DNA of 64,000 nucleotides. Source: Alistipes sp. (lineage in GTDB: Bacteria; Bacteroidota; Bacteroidia; Bacteroidales; Rikenellaceae). The notes beneath the pieces were generated by a model. The model searched no databases, was not told where the DNA came from, and worked only from the letters and a program-made list of their open reading frames with translations. A program made the translations under genes and the position numbers. Positions 1 through 10,073 of this stretch are shown here, piece by piece; within the stretch, counting starts at the first letter, position 1, and every line of letters starts with the position of its first letter. The stretch is taken from assembly GCA_045603045.1 (NCBI GenBank), contig JAZULJ010000018.1:1067-65066 (forward strand). The letters run 5' to 3'.

Positions 1-1087
1 CGGTCCCCATCAACGACTCGTAGTCGAAGCGGTTTATATCCAAAACGCCCGCCTTGCGATCAAGGAATTTACCCACATCACACGAGAAGTACATCGCCGC
101 ATTATCCTTTATTGAGGCGATGGCCAAGGCTTTAACCTCGTCGATGGGAAGATTGAGGTAGAGCCAGTTATCACCATCATAGACGTGGCGGTCGTACTCA
201 ATCTCATAGACCTTGTGGTACTCGCGTGAGGGGTCGTTCATGACCATTACGAAGTCTTTTTCGAGGTCAAGGTCTCCGAAGTACTCCTTGTAGAATGACT
301 TGGGCGTATAACGCTTGGTCTCGACGATGTTACCATCCTTATCCTGGCGCGACCACTCGAACTCGGTGGGAGGCACACCAAAGCTACGGACAAGCATCGA
401 GTATATCTCGGTAAGCATCTCCTCTTTGAGGGCTGCGGGAGCGCGACGATCCCTCTGATTGCGCAGCTTCAAGCCATACTCACGAAGTTTGAGTTTCAGG
501 AGGTTAGATATCGCCGACGTGTTATTTGTCTGATAGTTCTCGGGCATGACCTCAGCGGGCACCACACCATACTTCATTACGAGATTCGAGACACCCGTAA
601 ACTGGCCGCCATCGTTGAGCGGATTCTTGAACAACCACTCTACCTGACGGTCGTCCATGGGCAGATGGCGCGTGTCTATTACGCCCTGCAAGAAGAGGTT
701 ACACTTCTCCAACTGGTCGTAGAAGAAGAGGTAGTTCTGCGAAAACTCCATAGCGGGAAGTCCCTGTTCCTCAATCATCTGTGCACGCAGCACATTGAGA
801 CCTGTAAAGAGCCAGCAACGTCCCGACTGCTGCTGATCGGTAATGCCCCATGTCTTCACACGGTGCGAGAAGTGAGTATCAATCATTGCGAGGTTATCGG
901 CATTTACGGCCAACTCCGCAATAGGGTTCACAGCCAAGGCATTGCGTGCTGCCTTCTCAGCCTGTGTGATGCTATAACCCGTGCGCATCTTCTGCATCAT
1001 CTCATCGGTGATGCCACCCTTATCCTGCTGTGCCGAGACGCCAGAAACAACGGCGAGGGCAAGCATGAGACTAAATAGTTTTTTCAT
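1..1087 (-). CDS. pepC: Aminopeptidase C (C1B/bleomycin hydrolase family cysteine peptidase), runs off the window start
   Basis: Not in the ORF track. Hand translation from ATG at 1087 gives a signal peptide (MKKLFSLMLALAVVSG) and the catalytic motif DQQQSGRCWLFTGLNVLR; the frame was open at both ends where translated. Confidence 0.9.
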   Translation of the reverse strand, partial: MKKLFSLMLALAVVSGVSAQQDKGGITDEMMQKMRTGYSITQAEKAARNALAVNPIAELAVNADNLAMIDTHFSHRVKTWGITDQQQSGRCWLFTGLNVLRAQMIEEQGLPAMEFSQNYLFFYDQLEKCNLFLQGVIDTRHLPMDDRQVEWLFKNPLNDGGQFTGVSNLVMKYGVVPAEVMPENYQTNNTSAISNLLKLKLREYGLKLRNQRDRRAPAALKEEMLTEIYSMLVRSFGVPPTEFEWSRQDKDGNIVETKRYTPKSFYKEYFGDLDLEKDFVMVMNDPSREYHKVYEIEYDRHVYDGDNWLYLNLPIDEVKALAIASIKDNAAMYFSCDVGKFLDRKAGVLDINRFDYESLMGT

Positions 1088-1125
1088 TTTGCAGTATGTT
1101 TAATCGTTAGTAATATATCGCTCTA

Positions 1126-1575
1126 TCAGAACCACTTATCGGCATAGAAGTAGAGTACCGCCCACATCACAAAGCGACCACCCTTACCCACGAGCATCCA
1201 TAGTGCCGAGGGCAGAAAGCGCGCCTTGAAGAAGCCGAGGACGATAGCAAAAACATCGCCTACAACAGGCAGCCACGTGAGCAGCGCAAGCCATGCGCCC
1301 CACCGCCCAACAGCGTTCTTATACTTATCGATAGTCTCGCGCTTGACCTTGAACCACCTTTCGAGCCACTCGGTCTTGCCGAGCCACCCTATCCAATAGG
1401 ATGTGAGGCCTCCGAGCCAGTTGCCAAGGGTTGCAACTATTATTGTGGTGGTTGCATTACCCCCAAGAGCCAACATACCTACAACAAGGACATCGGAGCT
1501 GAACGGCACCACCGTAGCCGCGAGAAACGACCCTATGAAGAGGCCTATATATCCATAGTCGAGGAGTGTTTCCAT
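1126..1575 (-). CDS. YqaA/DedA family membrane protein
   Basis: FLAATVVPFSSD, GNWLGGLTSYWIG and WLPVVGD motifs; start trimmed to METLL, just downstream of a TATCTTTG promoter element. Confidence 0.85.
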   Translation of the reverse strand: METLLDYGYIGLFIGSFLAATVVPFSSDVLVVGMLALGGNATTTIIVATLGNWLGGLTSYWIGWLGKTEWLERWFKVKRETIDKYKNAVGRWGAWLALLTWLPVVGDVFAIVLGFFKARFLPSALWMLVGKGGRFVMWAVLYFYADKWF

Positions 1576-1593
1576 ATCTCTTACATTCGTGTG

Positions 1594-1601
1594 CAAAGAT
1601 A
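1594..1601 (-). promoter_or_regulatory. Bacteroidetes sigma-A -7 element (TAnnTTTG)
   Basis: TATCTTTG on the minus strand 19 bp upstream of the DedA-family start. Confidence 0.6.
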
Positions 1602-1789
1602 ATACATTTTATCGTCATTAACAGCCACAACAAAGAAAATGACATCATCGCAATATTTTTTTCGTCTTCGAGTGATAAAATTCCCAAATTTTAACTATTT
1701 TTGTTGATGATTACGTGCGCTAAGCATCGTGGTTGCCATGCAAACAGGAGAATTATAACCTAAAAATATAACTAACGTAAAGTAAATCA

Positions 1790-2731
1790 ATGAAGCGCAT
1801 TTTGGTTTTGGGTGCCGGCGGTCAGATTGGATCTGAGTTGGTACCGTATCTGCGATCAATCTACGGTGCATCGAATGTCGTTGCTACCGATGTTAAACAC
1901 AATGCTGTATTGGCCGAGGCAGGTCCGTTCGAGTCCTTGGATGCTCTCGATGCCAAGAGCTATGCCGAGCTTGTCGAGAAGTATAAAATCGACTCTATCT
2001 TCAACCTTGTAGCCCTTCTCTCGGCTACGGGCGAGAAGAACCCACAGCTTGCCATGCGTATCAACATGGGTGCGTTGGAGAACTCGTTGGAGATTGCACG
2101 CGAGAAGAACTGCGCTGTATTTACACCCAGCTCTATCGGCGCCTTCGGCGGCGACTTCCCCCGCGACAAGACCCCCCAGGATACCGTGATGCAGCCCAAC
2201 ACCATCTATGGTGTATGTAAGGTTACCGGCGAGTTGCTCTCGAACTACTACCACACACGCTTTGGCGTTGATACACGTTCGGTACGCTTCCCCGGCATCA
2301 TCTCTAACGTAACACTCCCCGGTGGCGGTACTACCGACTACGCAGTGGAGATTTACTATGAGGCTGTCAAGGGTAATAAGTTTATCTGCAACATTGCGCC
2401 CGACGTATATATGGATATGATGTATATGCCCGATGCACTGCGTGCCACAGTAGAGCTTATGGAGGCTGACCCCTCGAAGCTCAAGCACCGCAACTCGTTC
2501 AACATCGCCGCCATGAGCTTCACACCCGAGATTATCCGCGAGGTTGTAGAGCGCCACGTGCCCGGCTTCCAGATGGAGTACAATGTTGACCCCGTAAAAG
2601 ATCAGATTTCGCGCAGCTGGCCCAACTCGCTGGACGACACATGCGCACGCGAGGAGTGGGGTTGGAAGCCTCAGTGGGACCTCGAGTCAATGACTGTGGA
2701 TATGTTGGAGGCTGTACGTCGTAAATTATAG
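1790..2731 (+). CDS. tdh: L-threonine 3-dehydrogenase, extended-SDR (NAD-dependent epimerase/dehydratase) type
   Basis: GAGGQIG Rossmann motif, YGVCK catalytic YxxxK, PGGGTTDYAV motif typical of SDR-type TDH. Confidence 0.85.
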   Translation: MKRILVLGAGGQIGSELVPYLRSIYGASNVVATDVKHNAVLAEAGPFESLDALDAKSYAELVEKYKIDSIFNLVALLSATGEKNPQLAMRINMGALENSLEIAREKNCAVFTPSSIGAFGGDFPRDKTPQDTVMQPNTIYGVCKVTGELLSNYYHTRFGVDTRSVRFPGIISNVTLPGGGTTDYAVEIYYEAVKGNKFICNIAPDVYMDMMYMPDALRATVELMEADPSKLKHRNSFNIAAMSFTPEIIREVVERHVPGFQMEYNVDPVKDQISRSWPNSLDDTCAREEWGWKPQWDLESMTVDMLEAVRRKL

Positions 2732-2747
2732 GAAGATACTATAAATT

Positions 2748-2845
2748 AGGCTTAGCATTAGCCTTGCATCAATCAAAGCCCTGAATGAGAGGTACGACAA
2801 GTACTGTCCATTCAGGGCTTTTTCTCATTTCTCATTTCTCATTCT
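2748..2845 (+). repeat. Copy 1 of the dispersed two-hairpin element (family A), probably also the tdh terminator, followed by (TTTCTCA)x3
   Basis: AGGCT/AGCCT small hairpin, then AAAGCCCTGAATG-agag-GTAC-gacaa-GTAC-tgtc-CATTCAGGGCTTT at 2775-2821; homologous to the copies at 51751-51973 and 56924-57017. Confidence 0.75.
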
Positions 2846-3017
2846 CCACATACGCGTCATAGTCTCATCGCTCCACCATCCGGCGCGTACTATATATTAA
2901 TACTACATATTACGCGATGTCCCCCCATTTTTTTGACCAATTAGGAACAACGACACGAAAAATTTCATAACTTTGTAGGTATATTCACTTAGGTTGAACA
3001 CCCAAACACCGAAGATT

Positions 3018-4895
3018 ATGAGCGAGAAGTATGCAGCTCAGATTAACAGTAGCGTCGATGATTTATTCGCATACATGACCGAACGCTACACCGAGAGCGA
3101 GATGTCGCGCGTGAAGGAGGCCTACGCATTAGCTCATGAGGCACACAGCAAGCAGCGTCGCAAGAGCGGCGAGCCCTATATCATCCACCCTATTGCCGTA
3201 GCCACGATTGTTGCCGAGGAGCTCGAACTTGGCGACAACCCCGTAATTTCGGCATTTCTGCACGACGTAGTCGAAGACACCGACTACACCATAGAGGATA
3301 TACGCGACCGCTTTGGCGACGACGTAGCCTTCCTTGTTGGTAGCGTAACGAAGCAGAAGAAGGAGAAGTATCAACACTCCAAGCAGGTGGACAACTACCG
3401 CCAGATACTCGAATCGGTACACTACGACATCCGCGCACTGCTCATCAAGCTCGCCGACCGTCTGCACAACATGCGCACGCTCGACAGCATGCGTGCCGAC
3501 AAGCAGATGAAGATTGCCGGCGAAACCGACTACTTCTACGCACCTCTGGCCAACCGCCTCGGCCTCTACCACATCAAGACCGAACTCGAAAACCTATCAT
3601 TCCGCTACCGCTGTCCTCGCGAATACGCCCTAATGGAGAGCATGCTCGAAGAGGAGCGTCGCCTCGACCGTCCCCGCTTGGAGCGCTTCACATCGAAGAT
3701 TGCCGAGCTCCTCGAAGCCGCAGGCGTAGAGGCTCGCACCGAGATACGCTACCGCATGCCTTACAGCGTATGGCGCAAGATGCAGTCCAAAGGCAGCGAC
3801 CTACGCCACGTGGATAGCAAGCACTACATACGTATCATTTACCCCAACAACCCCAAGTGGTCGGAAAAGAGTATGAGCCTACATATATACTCCATCCTCA
3901 CCGACACCTTCAAGGAGAGCCCCGGTAGCGTATCGAACTACATCGACGCACCCAAGGAGAATGGCTATCAGAGTTTCCATGTCAAACTCCTAAGTGAGCA
4001 GGGTCTTTGGGAGGAGATACACATTTCGTCGGAGCGCATGGTACGCAACTCGCGCCTCGGGTGTGCTGCCGAGCGCACGGAGGACAACGTAACATCGTGG
4101 CTCAATAAGTTTAAGTCTATATTGCAGGATGTCGCCAAGGACAACCACGAGATGGAGTTCATGGATGGCGTAACCTCAACCTTCTACAATGACGACATCA
4201 TGGTCTTCACGCCCAAGGGTCGCGGCGTCATACTACCCAAGGGAGCCTCAGCTCTCGACTTCGCCTTCGAGATACATAGCGAGGTAGGCGAGAAGGCGGT
4301 ATATGCACGCATCAACGGCAAGCTGATGTCGGTGCGCACCGTGCTCAAACGCGGCGACTGCGTAGAGATAGGCACCGCCGAGGATGCTCGTCCCGAGCCT
4401 GAGTGGATAGACCATGTATCGACATATCGTGCCAAGCGATACCTACGCACCTACTTTGCCAACAGACCCCGCTTGGAGTATGAGCGTTGCGAGCACTGCC
4501 ACCCACTACCGGGAGATGAGGTTGTAGGCTTCGAGGGCGATGACGGCAAGATTACGCTACACAAGCGCGACTGCACAACAGCCATACGTCTCGCCTCGCA
4601 GCATGGCGACTCCATCACGCATGTTAACTTCGAGGAGAACCCTCAGTTCCTATACCCCGTGCGCATACGCATACAAGGCATCGACCGCTACCACCTCATG
4701 AGCGACCTCATAGACTGCATAACCGACCGCCTGCACCTCTCGATGTTGAGCCTATCGACAGAGAATATCGACCGCATAGCCATCTGCATCATCGACTTCG
4801 AAGTGCACTCTGCTGCCGAGTTGCAGACAGCCATGGAGAGCATAGCCGCCATTGACGGCATCGACGAGGTTACGCGCCTCAACCTGGCAAAATAG
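3018..4895 (+). CDS. Long RelA/SpoT homologue (HD hydrolase, degenerate synthetase, TGS, zinc finger, ACT)
   Basis: RKSGEPYIIHP, LHDVVED, KLADRLHNMRTL, TGS (FTPKG...DFAFEIHSEVG), CEHC...HKRDC and a C-terminal ACT domain. Confidence 0.9.
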   Translation: MSEKYAAQINSSVDDLFAYMTERYTESEMSRVKEAYALAHEAHSKQRRKSGEPYIIHPIAVATIVAEELELGDNPVISAFLHDVVEDTDYTIEDIRDRFGDDVAFLVGSVTKQKKEKYQHSKQVDNYRQILESVHYDIRALLIKLADRLHNMRTLDSMRADKQMKIAGETDYFYAPLANRLGLYHIKTELENLSFRYRCPREYALMESMLEEERRLDRPRLERFTSKIAELLEAAGVEARTEIRYRMPYSVWRKMQSKGSDLRHVDSKHYIRIIYPNNPKWSEKSMSLHIYSILTDTFKESPGSVSNYIDAPKENGYQSFHVKLLSEQGLWEEIHISSERMVRNSRLGCAAERTEDNVTSWLNKFKSILQDVAKDNHEMEFMDGVTSTFYNDDIMVFTPKGRGVILPKGASALDFAFEIHSEVGEKAVYARINGKLMSVRTVLKRGDCVEIGTAEDARPEPEWIDHVSTYRAKRYLRTYFANRPRLEYERCEHCHPLPGDEVVGFEGDDGKITLHKRDCTTAIRLASQHGDSITHVNFEENPQFLYPVRIRIQGIDRYHLMSDLIDCITDRLHLSMLSLSTENIDRIAICIIDFEVHSAAELQTAMESIAAIDGIDEVTRLNLAK

Positions 4896-5007
4896 CAATG
4901 ACTGCGACCAACAACACATCTGCCCATGTACGCCTACTGCTGCCCAAGATATTACGCCACGAGTAGTATTTTTGGACATCACACGCTATGGTAAGAGAAT
5001 ATTTTAG

Positions 5008-5015
5008 TATCTTTG
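5008..5015 (+). promoter_or_regulatory. Bacteroidetes -7 promoter element
   Basis: TATCTTTG 53 bp upstream of the lipoprotein start at 5069. Confidence 0.6.
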
Positions 5016-5068
5016 CAACGATAATTTAACATTAAGTTGTTTCTTTCAAGAATTAAACACTTTAAGAC

Positions 5069-6739
5069 ATGAGAAAGTATCTACTTTTGACAATATGTGC
5101 TATCATGGGCATCTGCCTTATGACAGCGTGCGAAGAGCCCCAAAATCAGCCGACTCCTAAGCCCGACCCCGAAGAGATAGCGGGTATCGATACGGACTTC
5201 AAGTTCGACGACGTGCGTGTCATGGATACAGGCTTTGTGCTCAACATCCTCCCCGAAGATAAGGATATGGAGTACATTGTATTTGTAAGCGAAAAGAGCT
5301 ACTTCGAGAATAATAACATCGCCGACAAGGAGGCTCTTTTGGCAGACGACTACACCTATTTTCAAAATCAAGCCTCGCAGTTTGGCATGAACATTCGCGA
5401 CTTCCTCTCCAAGGCAGGTTGGCTCAACGCGGGGGACTACATGAATTTGAAGGGTAGCAGCCTCACTCCCAACACCGAGTATATAGTATATTGCTATGGC
5501 GTGCGTTTCGAGGGCGACTTCTACGAGGCAACGACCAACGTAAACTACATCGTCATCAAGACTACGGCACCTGCGATGTTCGATATCGAGTTCGACGTGC
5601 AGTGTAAGACTACGGGCAACCTCGTGGAGTTCAGCATCGACCCGGGCAGCTACGATGGCTACTACTACGCCTACTGCTTCACCAACTTGCAAGAGGGCTA
5701 CATCGAGCAAGGCAAGACGATGACCGACGAACAGATTACCGCACTGCGCAACAAAGCATACAGAGACTTTCTATACTACATCGAGAATGAGGAGATGTCT
5801 ATCGACGAGTTCTGCATGAAGGGCAATACATCATTTGCGGAGCGCCTCTCTCCGATGGAGTACTATATGATTGCTGTCTTTGCCGTAAACGAGGATAGCA
5901 TCCCGCTGCTATGTTCTACGCCCACACTCGCCTACTTCGACACCGATGACATCTATCTCGCGGAGACAAAGATAGAGCTCGATGTCAGCAATATCACAAC
6001 CTACTCTGCCGACCTGATCATCACCCCCGAGGACCTCGATATGTCCTATGTCGCTACGCTCATCCTCGCCGAGGACTTCGACGAGATGCCCGAAGAGGAG
6101 ATTGCACGCATGCAACTTATTATCGACATGTGGGACTACTCAATCTTCACAGGCGTATGGAGCGAGCGCATGACCCCTCTTATTGCCGGCAATGAGTATG
6201 TTATCGTAGCCTTCGGCATCGAAAATGACATGCCCACAACACACCTCTTCTACGAGCGTTACCGCGCCAAGGAGAATGTCGATATCGAACTCGAAATTAC
6301 CGACATCGTTATACGCAAAGTCTTCGATGCCGAGGAAATTGTAGCTCTCGACGCCTCATACGCCCACATCCTCAATGAGTGCGAGTGCATGATACTTACC
6401 GAGGCTATCACCAACATCCCTTGCGATAACTTCTACTACTGGTGGTACTGGGAGGATACGCGCTACGCATTTAGCAACGAAGCCTACCTCGAAGACTTTC
6501 TGCTCTATGAGCCCACCGGAGCTTTCCAATTGTTGGGCCTATGGTATGGCGAAGAGTACTTCTTCGCAGGTATTGTCGAGGATGACAACAAGAACCTCAG
6601 TGAGATATACTTTGGTGAGGCATTCACCGTCTCGCGCGAGGATTGTAGCCCCGCCGAGGAGTTCTTCGACTATGTGGCACGTAGCAGCAAGTTAGAGCCC
6701 TCGCGCACATCACGCCACACGAGCCTCCTAATACGATAG
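5069..6739 (+). CDS. Surface lipoprotein with about four tandem FN3/Ig-like modules, function unknown
   Basis: Lipobox LMTA-C followed by acidic EEP; repeated ~130-aa units each ending in a motif like LxPxxEYxVxxxGV. Confidence 0.7.
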   Translation: MRKYLLLTICAIMGICLMTACEEPQNQPTPKPDPEEIAGIDTDFKFDDVRVMDTGFVLNILPEDKDMEYIVFVSEKSYFENNNIADKEALLADDYTYFQNQASQFGMNIRDFLSKAGWLNAGDYMNLKGSSLTPNTEYIVYCYGVRFEGDFYEATTNVNYIVIKTTAPAMFDIEFDVQCKTTGNLVEFSIDPGSYDGYYYAYCFTNLQEGYIEQGKTMTDEQITALRNKAYRDFLYYIENEEMSIDEFCMKGNTSFAERLSPMEYYMIAVFAVNEDSIPLLCSTPTLAYFDTDDIYLAETKIELDVSNITTYSADLIITPEDLDMSYVATLILAEDFDEMPEEEIARMQLIIDMWDYSIFTGVWSERMTPLIAGNEYVIVAFGIENDMPTTHLFYERYRAKENVDIELEITDIVIRKVFDAEEIVALDASYAHILNECECMILTEAITNIPCDNFYYWWYWEDTRYAFSNEAYLEDFLLYEPTGAFQLLGLWYGEEYFFAGIVEDDNKNLSEIYFGEAFTVSREDCSPAEEFFDYVARSSKLEPSRTSRHTSLLIR

Positions 6740-6743
6740 CTAC

Positions 6744-7790
6744 ATGATACGCTTCGACTCAGACTATATGGCAGGTGCGCACCCCGAGGTTTTAGACTCA
6801 TTGGTGCGCACTAACCTTGAACTCACACCCGGCTACGGCAATGACAGCTATACCGCTGAGGCCCGCGACCTCATACGCAAGGCTGTGGGCTGCCCCGATG
6901 CCGAGGTGCGTTTTCTCGTGGGCGGAACGCAGACAAATGCAACTATTATAGACGGCATCCTATCGCGCCACGAGGGGGTATTAGCAGCCGAAAGTGGCCA
7001 TATCGCCGTACATGAGTCGGGCGCTATCGAAGCTTCGGGCCACAAGGTCCTCACCCTACCCCACTACGACGGCAAGGTATGCGCCAAGGATGTCGAGGAG
7101 TATATCACCTCGTTCTATGCAGACCAGACCTACGAACACATGGTCGCCCCGGGCATGCTCTATATATCTCACCCCACGGAGTATGGCACCATATACACAC
7201 GCGACGAGTTGCAGGCTCTGAGCGACACCTGCCACCGCCACAACATACCGCTCTATATCGATGGTGCACGCTTAGGCTACGGTCTCGCCGCCGAGGGCAC
7301 GGATGTTACGCTACGCGATATTGCACGCCTCGCAGATGCCTTCTATATCGGTGGAACGAAGGTTGGCACACTCTTTGGCGAGGCTGTCGTAATACCCAAT
7401 AAGGGGCTTATACGCCATATCTTTCCACTCATCAAGCAACATGGAGCACTCCTGGCCAAGGGTCGTTTGCTGGGCGTACAGTTCGGCACGCTCTTCCGCG
7501 ACGGTCTCTATGAGCGCATGGGACACCATGCCGTGCGACTTGCCCTGCGTATCCGCGAGGCATTTACCACGGCAGGATATGAGTGTGTCGTAACATCACC
7601 TACAAACCAACAGTTCTTCCGTCTGCCCAACACCGTTATCGACCGTCTGCGCGAAGAGGTGTCGTTCGACTATTGGGGCGCTCGTGGCAAAGATGAGAGT
7701 GTCGTGCGTTTAGTTACAAGCTGGGCTACAACGGACGAGGATGTAGATAGGCTCTGCACACTTATCGCGGTAATAAGACCAAACAAATGA
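6744..7790 (+). CDS. ltaE: Low-specificity L-threonine aldolase (PLP-dependent)
   Basis: FDSDY N-terminus, GGTQTN, HIAVHESGA, DGARLG and GGTK (PLP lysine). Confidence 0.9.
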   Translation: MIRFDSDYMAGAHPEVLDSLVRTNLELTPGYGNDSYTAEARDLIRKAVGCPDAEVRFLVGGTQTNATIIDGILSRHEGVLAAESGHIAVHESGAIEASGHKVLTLPHYDGKVCAKDVEEYITSFYADQTYEHMVAPGMLYISHPTEYGTIYTRDELQALSDTCHRHNIPLYIDGARLGYGLAAEGTDVTLRDIARLADAFYIGGTKVGTLFGEAVVIPNKGLIRHIFPLIKQHGALLAKGRLLGVQFGTLFRDGLYERMGHHAVRLALRIREAFTTAGYECVVTSPTNQQFFRLPNTVIDRLREEVSFDYWGARGKDESVVRLVTSWATTDEDVDRLCTLIAVIRPNK

Positions 7791-7833
7791 GACAATAGAG
7801 CAACAAAACGACACAATAACCGGACAATGAGAT

Positions 7834-7878
7834 AAATTAAGACGGTGGAACACAAATTGAGTTCCACCGTCTTAATTT
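7834..7878. terminator. Bidirectional intrinsic terminator between convergent ltaE and rdgB
   Basis: Perfect 18-bp stem AAATTAAGACGGTGGAAC / GTTCCACCGTCTTAATTT. Confidence 0.85.
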
Positions 7879-7894
7879 TTATATGATATGTATC

Positions 7895-8470
7895 TTACTG
7901 CGTTTTAAGCAGTTTTACCAATTCTGCGACAGCACGTCCACGGTGCGAGATAGTATTTTTGGCATCTGCCGACATCTCGGCAAAGGTAACCTCCGAGCCC
8001 TCGGGAATGAAGAGTGGGTCGTAACCAAAACCCTCACAGCCCGACTCCTCGGCACCAATTACGCCACGCACAACACCCTCTACCTGCTGCTCCACACCTC
8101 CGCGAATAAGCGAGATTACCGTGCGAAAGCGGGCACGACGATTCTCCTTGCCCTCCATCTCCGCGATGAGCTTGCGGTTGTTGGCCTTGAAGTCGTGGCC
8201 CTCGCCTGCATAACGTGCCGAGCGGACACCGGGGCGACCATCCAATGCTTCGACCTCCAAGCCCGTATCGTCGGCAAAGCAGTCGAGACCCGTGCGGTCA
8301 TATACGTAGTGTGCCTTCTGCGAGGCATTCTCCTCCAACGTGGTTCCCGTCTCGGGGATATCCTCGAAGATACCCACCTCGCGGAGCGTTACAAGCTCAC
8401 ACTCCTCGCCCAAAACGGCCCTTACCTCCGAGAGCTTGTGAGCATTATTTGTAGCAAAAACAATCTTCAT
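7895..8470 (-). CDS. rdgB: Non-canonical purine NTP pyrophosphatase (RdgB/HAM1)
   Basis: ATNNAHK, DDTGLEV, GFGYDP and SHRGRA motifs; start trimmed to MKIVF. Confidence 0.95.
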   Translation of the reverse strand: MKIVFATNNAHKLSEVRAVLGEECELVTLREVGIFEDIPETGTTLEENASQKAHYVYDRTGLDCFADDTGLEVEALDGRPGVRSARYAGEGHDFKANNRKLIAEMEGKENRRARFRTVISLIRGGVEQQVEGVVRGVIGAEESGCEGFGYDPLFIPEGSEVTFAEMSADAKNTISHRGRAVAELVKLLKTQ

Positions 8471-8480
8471 CGTATTATAT

Positions 8481-9323
8481 TTATATTCGCGCAACTTCCA
8501 ACTCCGATAGTCGCTGATCCATAACAATTTTATCGATTATGGTCTTTACAACGATATCAATCTCCGAGTCCTCGGAGTAGTCGGCGGGACATACATGGTT
8601 CACGCGGTTATCGCGGATAAGGTCGTTGAGCACGGTACGCTGACCCTCCTCCTCGGGGTTATATACGGCGATAGAGTGTCCCCCGAAATTCTTGACAAGC
8701 TTCATACATGGTATATCCGTCGTACCGTCGCCAAAATATATCATGCGCGAGAAGGGTACAGGGCGCTTATTCTCCTCCATAAAACGGTTTACATCGCGTG
8801 TATCAAAGACCGACTCAACCCCCTTATTTATCTTGAATATGAACTGTGTCTTGTTGGTATAGTTTACCGCCACGGCAGGCCAATAGGCTATGCCATCAAC
8901 ATTATAGAGAAACGAGCATGCGTAGATATTCTTGAACTCGTGCGCAATGGCCGTACCCTCGATAATCTCCTTCAACCCCGATGAATTTACGTAGTGCAGC
9001 ACGTTGATACCACGCTCAGCACCATACTCGTTGATACGCTTGAACCACGCCTCAACACCCTTATAGAACTGCACATTACGTCCCGACTCACGGAAGGCCT
9101 CACGTCTGAGCGACAAGCCCTTAGACTGCGCTGCCTGTATCATTCGTGCCATGTAGGTAAGCACCTGGTCGGCATCCTGCTCCTCGGCCAGCGTATTGGC
9201 CTCGTTCCAAAATTCGCGATTGCTCTTACCTACGGCAGGGATGAAGTCATACTCCTGCATATTACCCGGGGCGAGTGTACCATCGAAGTCGTAGATGAGT
9301 GCTACGGTAATATTCTCTTTCAT
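8481..9323 (-). CDS. HAD-family hydrolase
   Basis: DFDGTL motif I and GDGTTD motif IV. Confidence 0.85.
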   Translation of the reverse strand: MKENITVALIYDFDGTLAPGNMQEYDFIPAVGKSNREFWNEANTLAEEQDADQVLTYMARMIQAAQSKGLSLRREAFRESGRNVQFYKGVEAWFKRINEYGAERGINVLHYVNSSGLKEIIEGTAIAHEFKNIYACSFLYNVDGIAYWPAVAVNYTNKTQFIFKINKGVESVFDTRDVNRFMEENKRPVPFSRMIYFGDGTTDIPCMKLVKNFGGHSIAVYNPEEEGQRTVLNDLIRDNRVNHVCPADYSEDSEIDIVVKTIIDKIVMDQRLSELEVARI

Positions 9324-9416
9324 TATTAAGGTTATTTCGCTATAAAACAGTTCAAATATACGAAATTTTCACTATTTTTGCAATTAGTTACACGAAAATT
9401 ATAACACAACCAAATT

Positions 9417-9947
9417 ATGGAGTTCAAAGATGTCGTATTTAAGCGCCGCTCTACACGTCGCTACACGGGACAGAAGGTTGAGCGCGAGAAGCTCGAAGCA
9501 GCCATGAAACTCGCCCTAACAGCCCCCTCATCAAAAAATACACGTTCAACACGCCTCATGGCCGTTACCGACCTCAACAAGGTACACGCCCTTGCGAAGC
9601 TTCGCGACTGGGGCTCTGACCTCTTGGATGGCGCAGGTGCCGCTATCGTCATCCTTGGCGACGAGGAGGCGAGCCCCATGTGGCAGACAAACGCCTCAAT
9701 TATGGCTACGGTGCTGCAACTTGCACTCGTTAACGAGGGTCTCGCCTCATGCTGGGTGCATGTTGGCGACTACCTCACGCTCAAAGATGAACCTACAAGC
9801 CAGCGCAGCGAAGATTACGTAAAGGGGCTGCTACCCATACCCGAGGGCTACCGCGTATGGTGCGTTGTGGCCATAGGTTACGCCGACTACACCCCTAAGC
9901 CACTGCCCGAGTACACAGGCCCCGAGCGCATACTCTTCGTCGAGTAG
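9417..9947 (+). CDS. Nitroreductase family flavoprotein
   Basis: RRSTRRY FMN-binding start, APSSKN, GLASCW and IGY motifs. Confidence 0.9.
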   Translation: MEFKDVVFKRRSTRRYTGQKVEREKLEAAMKLALTAPSSKNTRSTRLMAVTDLNKVHALAKLRDWGSDLLDGAGAAIVILGDEEASPMWQTNASIMATVLQLALVNEGLASCWVHVGDYLTLKDEPTSQRSEDYVKGLLPIPEGYRVWCVVAIGYADYTPKPLPEYTGPERILFVE

Positions 9948-10073
9948 GCACCACGGCAGCGAATATCACCTTATAGGCGCAGCGAATTTTCATAATTCGT
10001 TGCGCTTTTCTCATTTTTTCCGTATATTTGTGAGGTATTAGAACAATAGGCGAAAATAGAATAACACAAAGAT

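Noticed and set aside
665-1078. 137-aa plus-strand ORF
   Set aside because: It is an antisense shadow of pepC, which the ORF track omitted because it runs off the window.
2778-2821. Hammerhead ribozyme (CTGAATGAG resembles the CUGANGA core)
   Set aside because: The spacing is off by one, the motif is base-paired in the stem, the other copies read CTGAATGGA, and no correctly placed GAAA or three-way junction was found.
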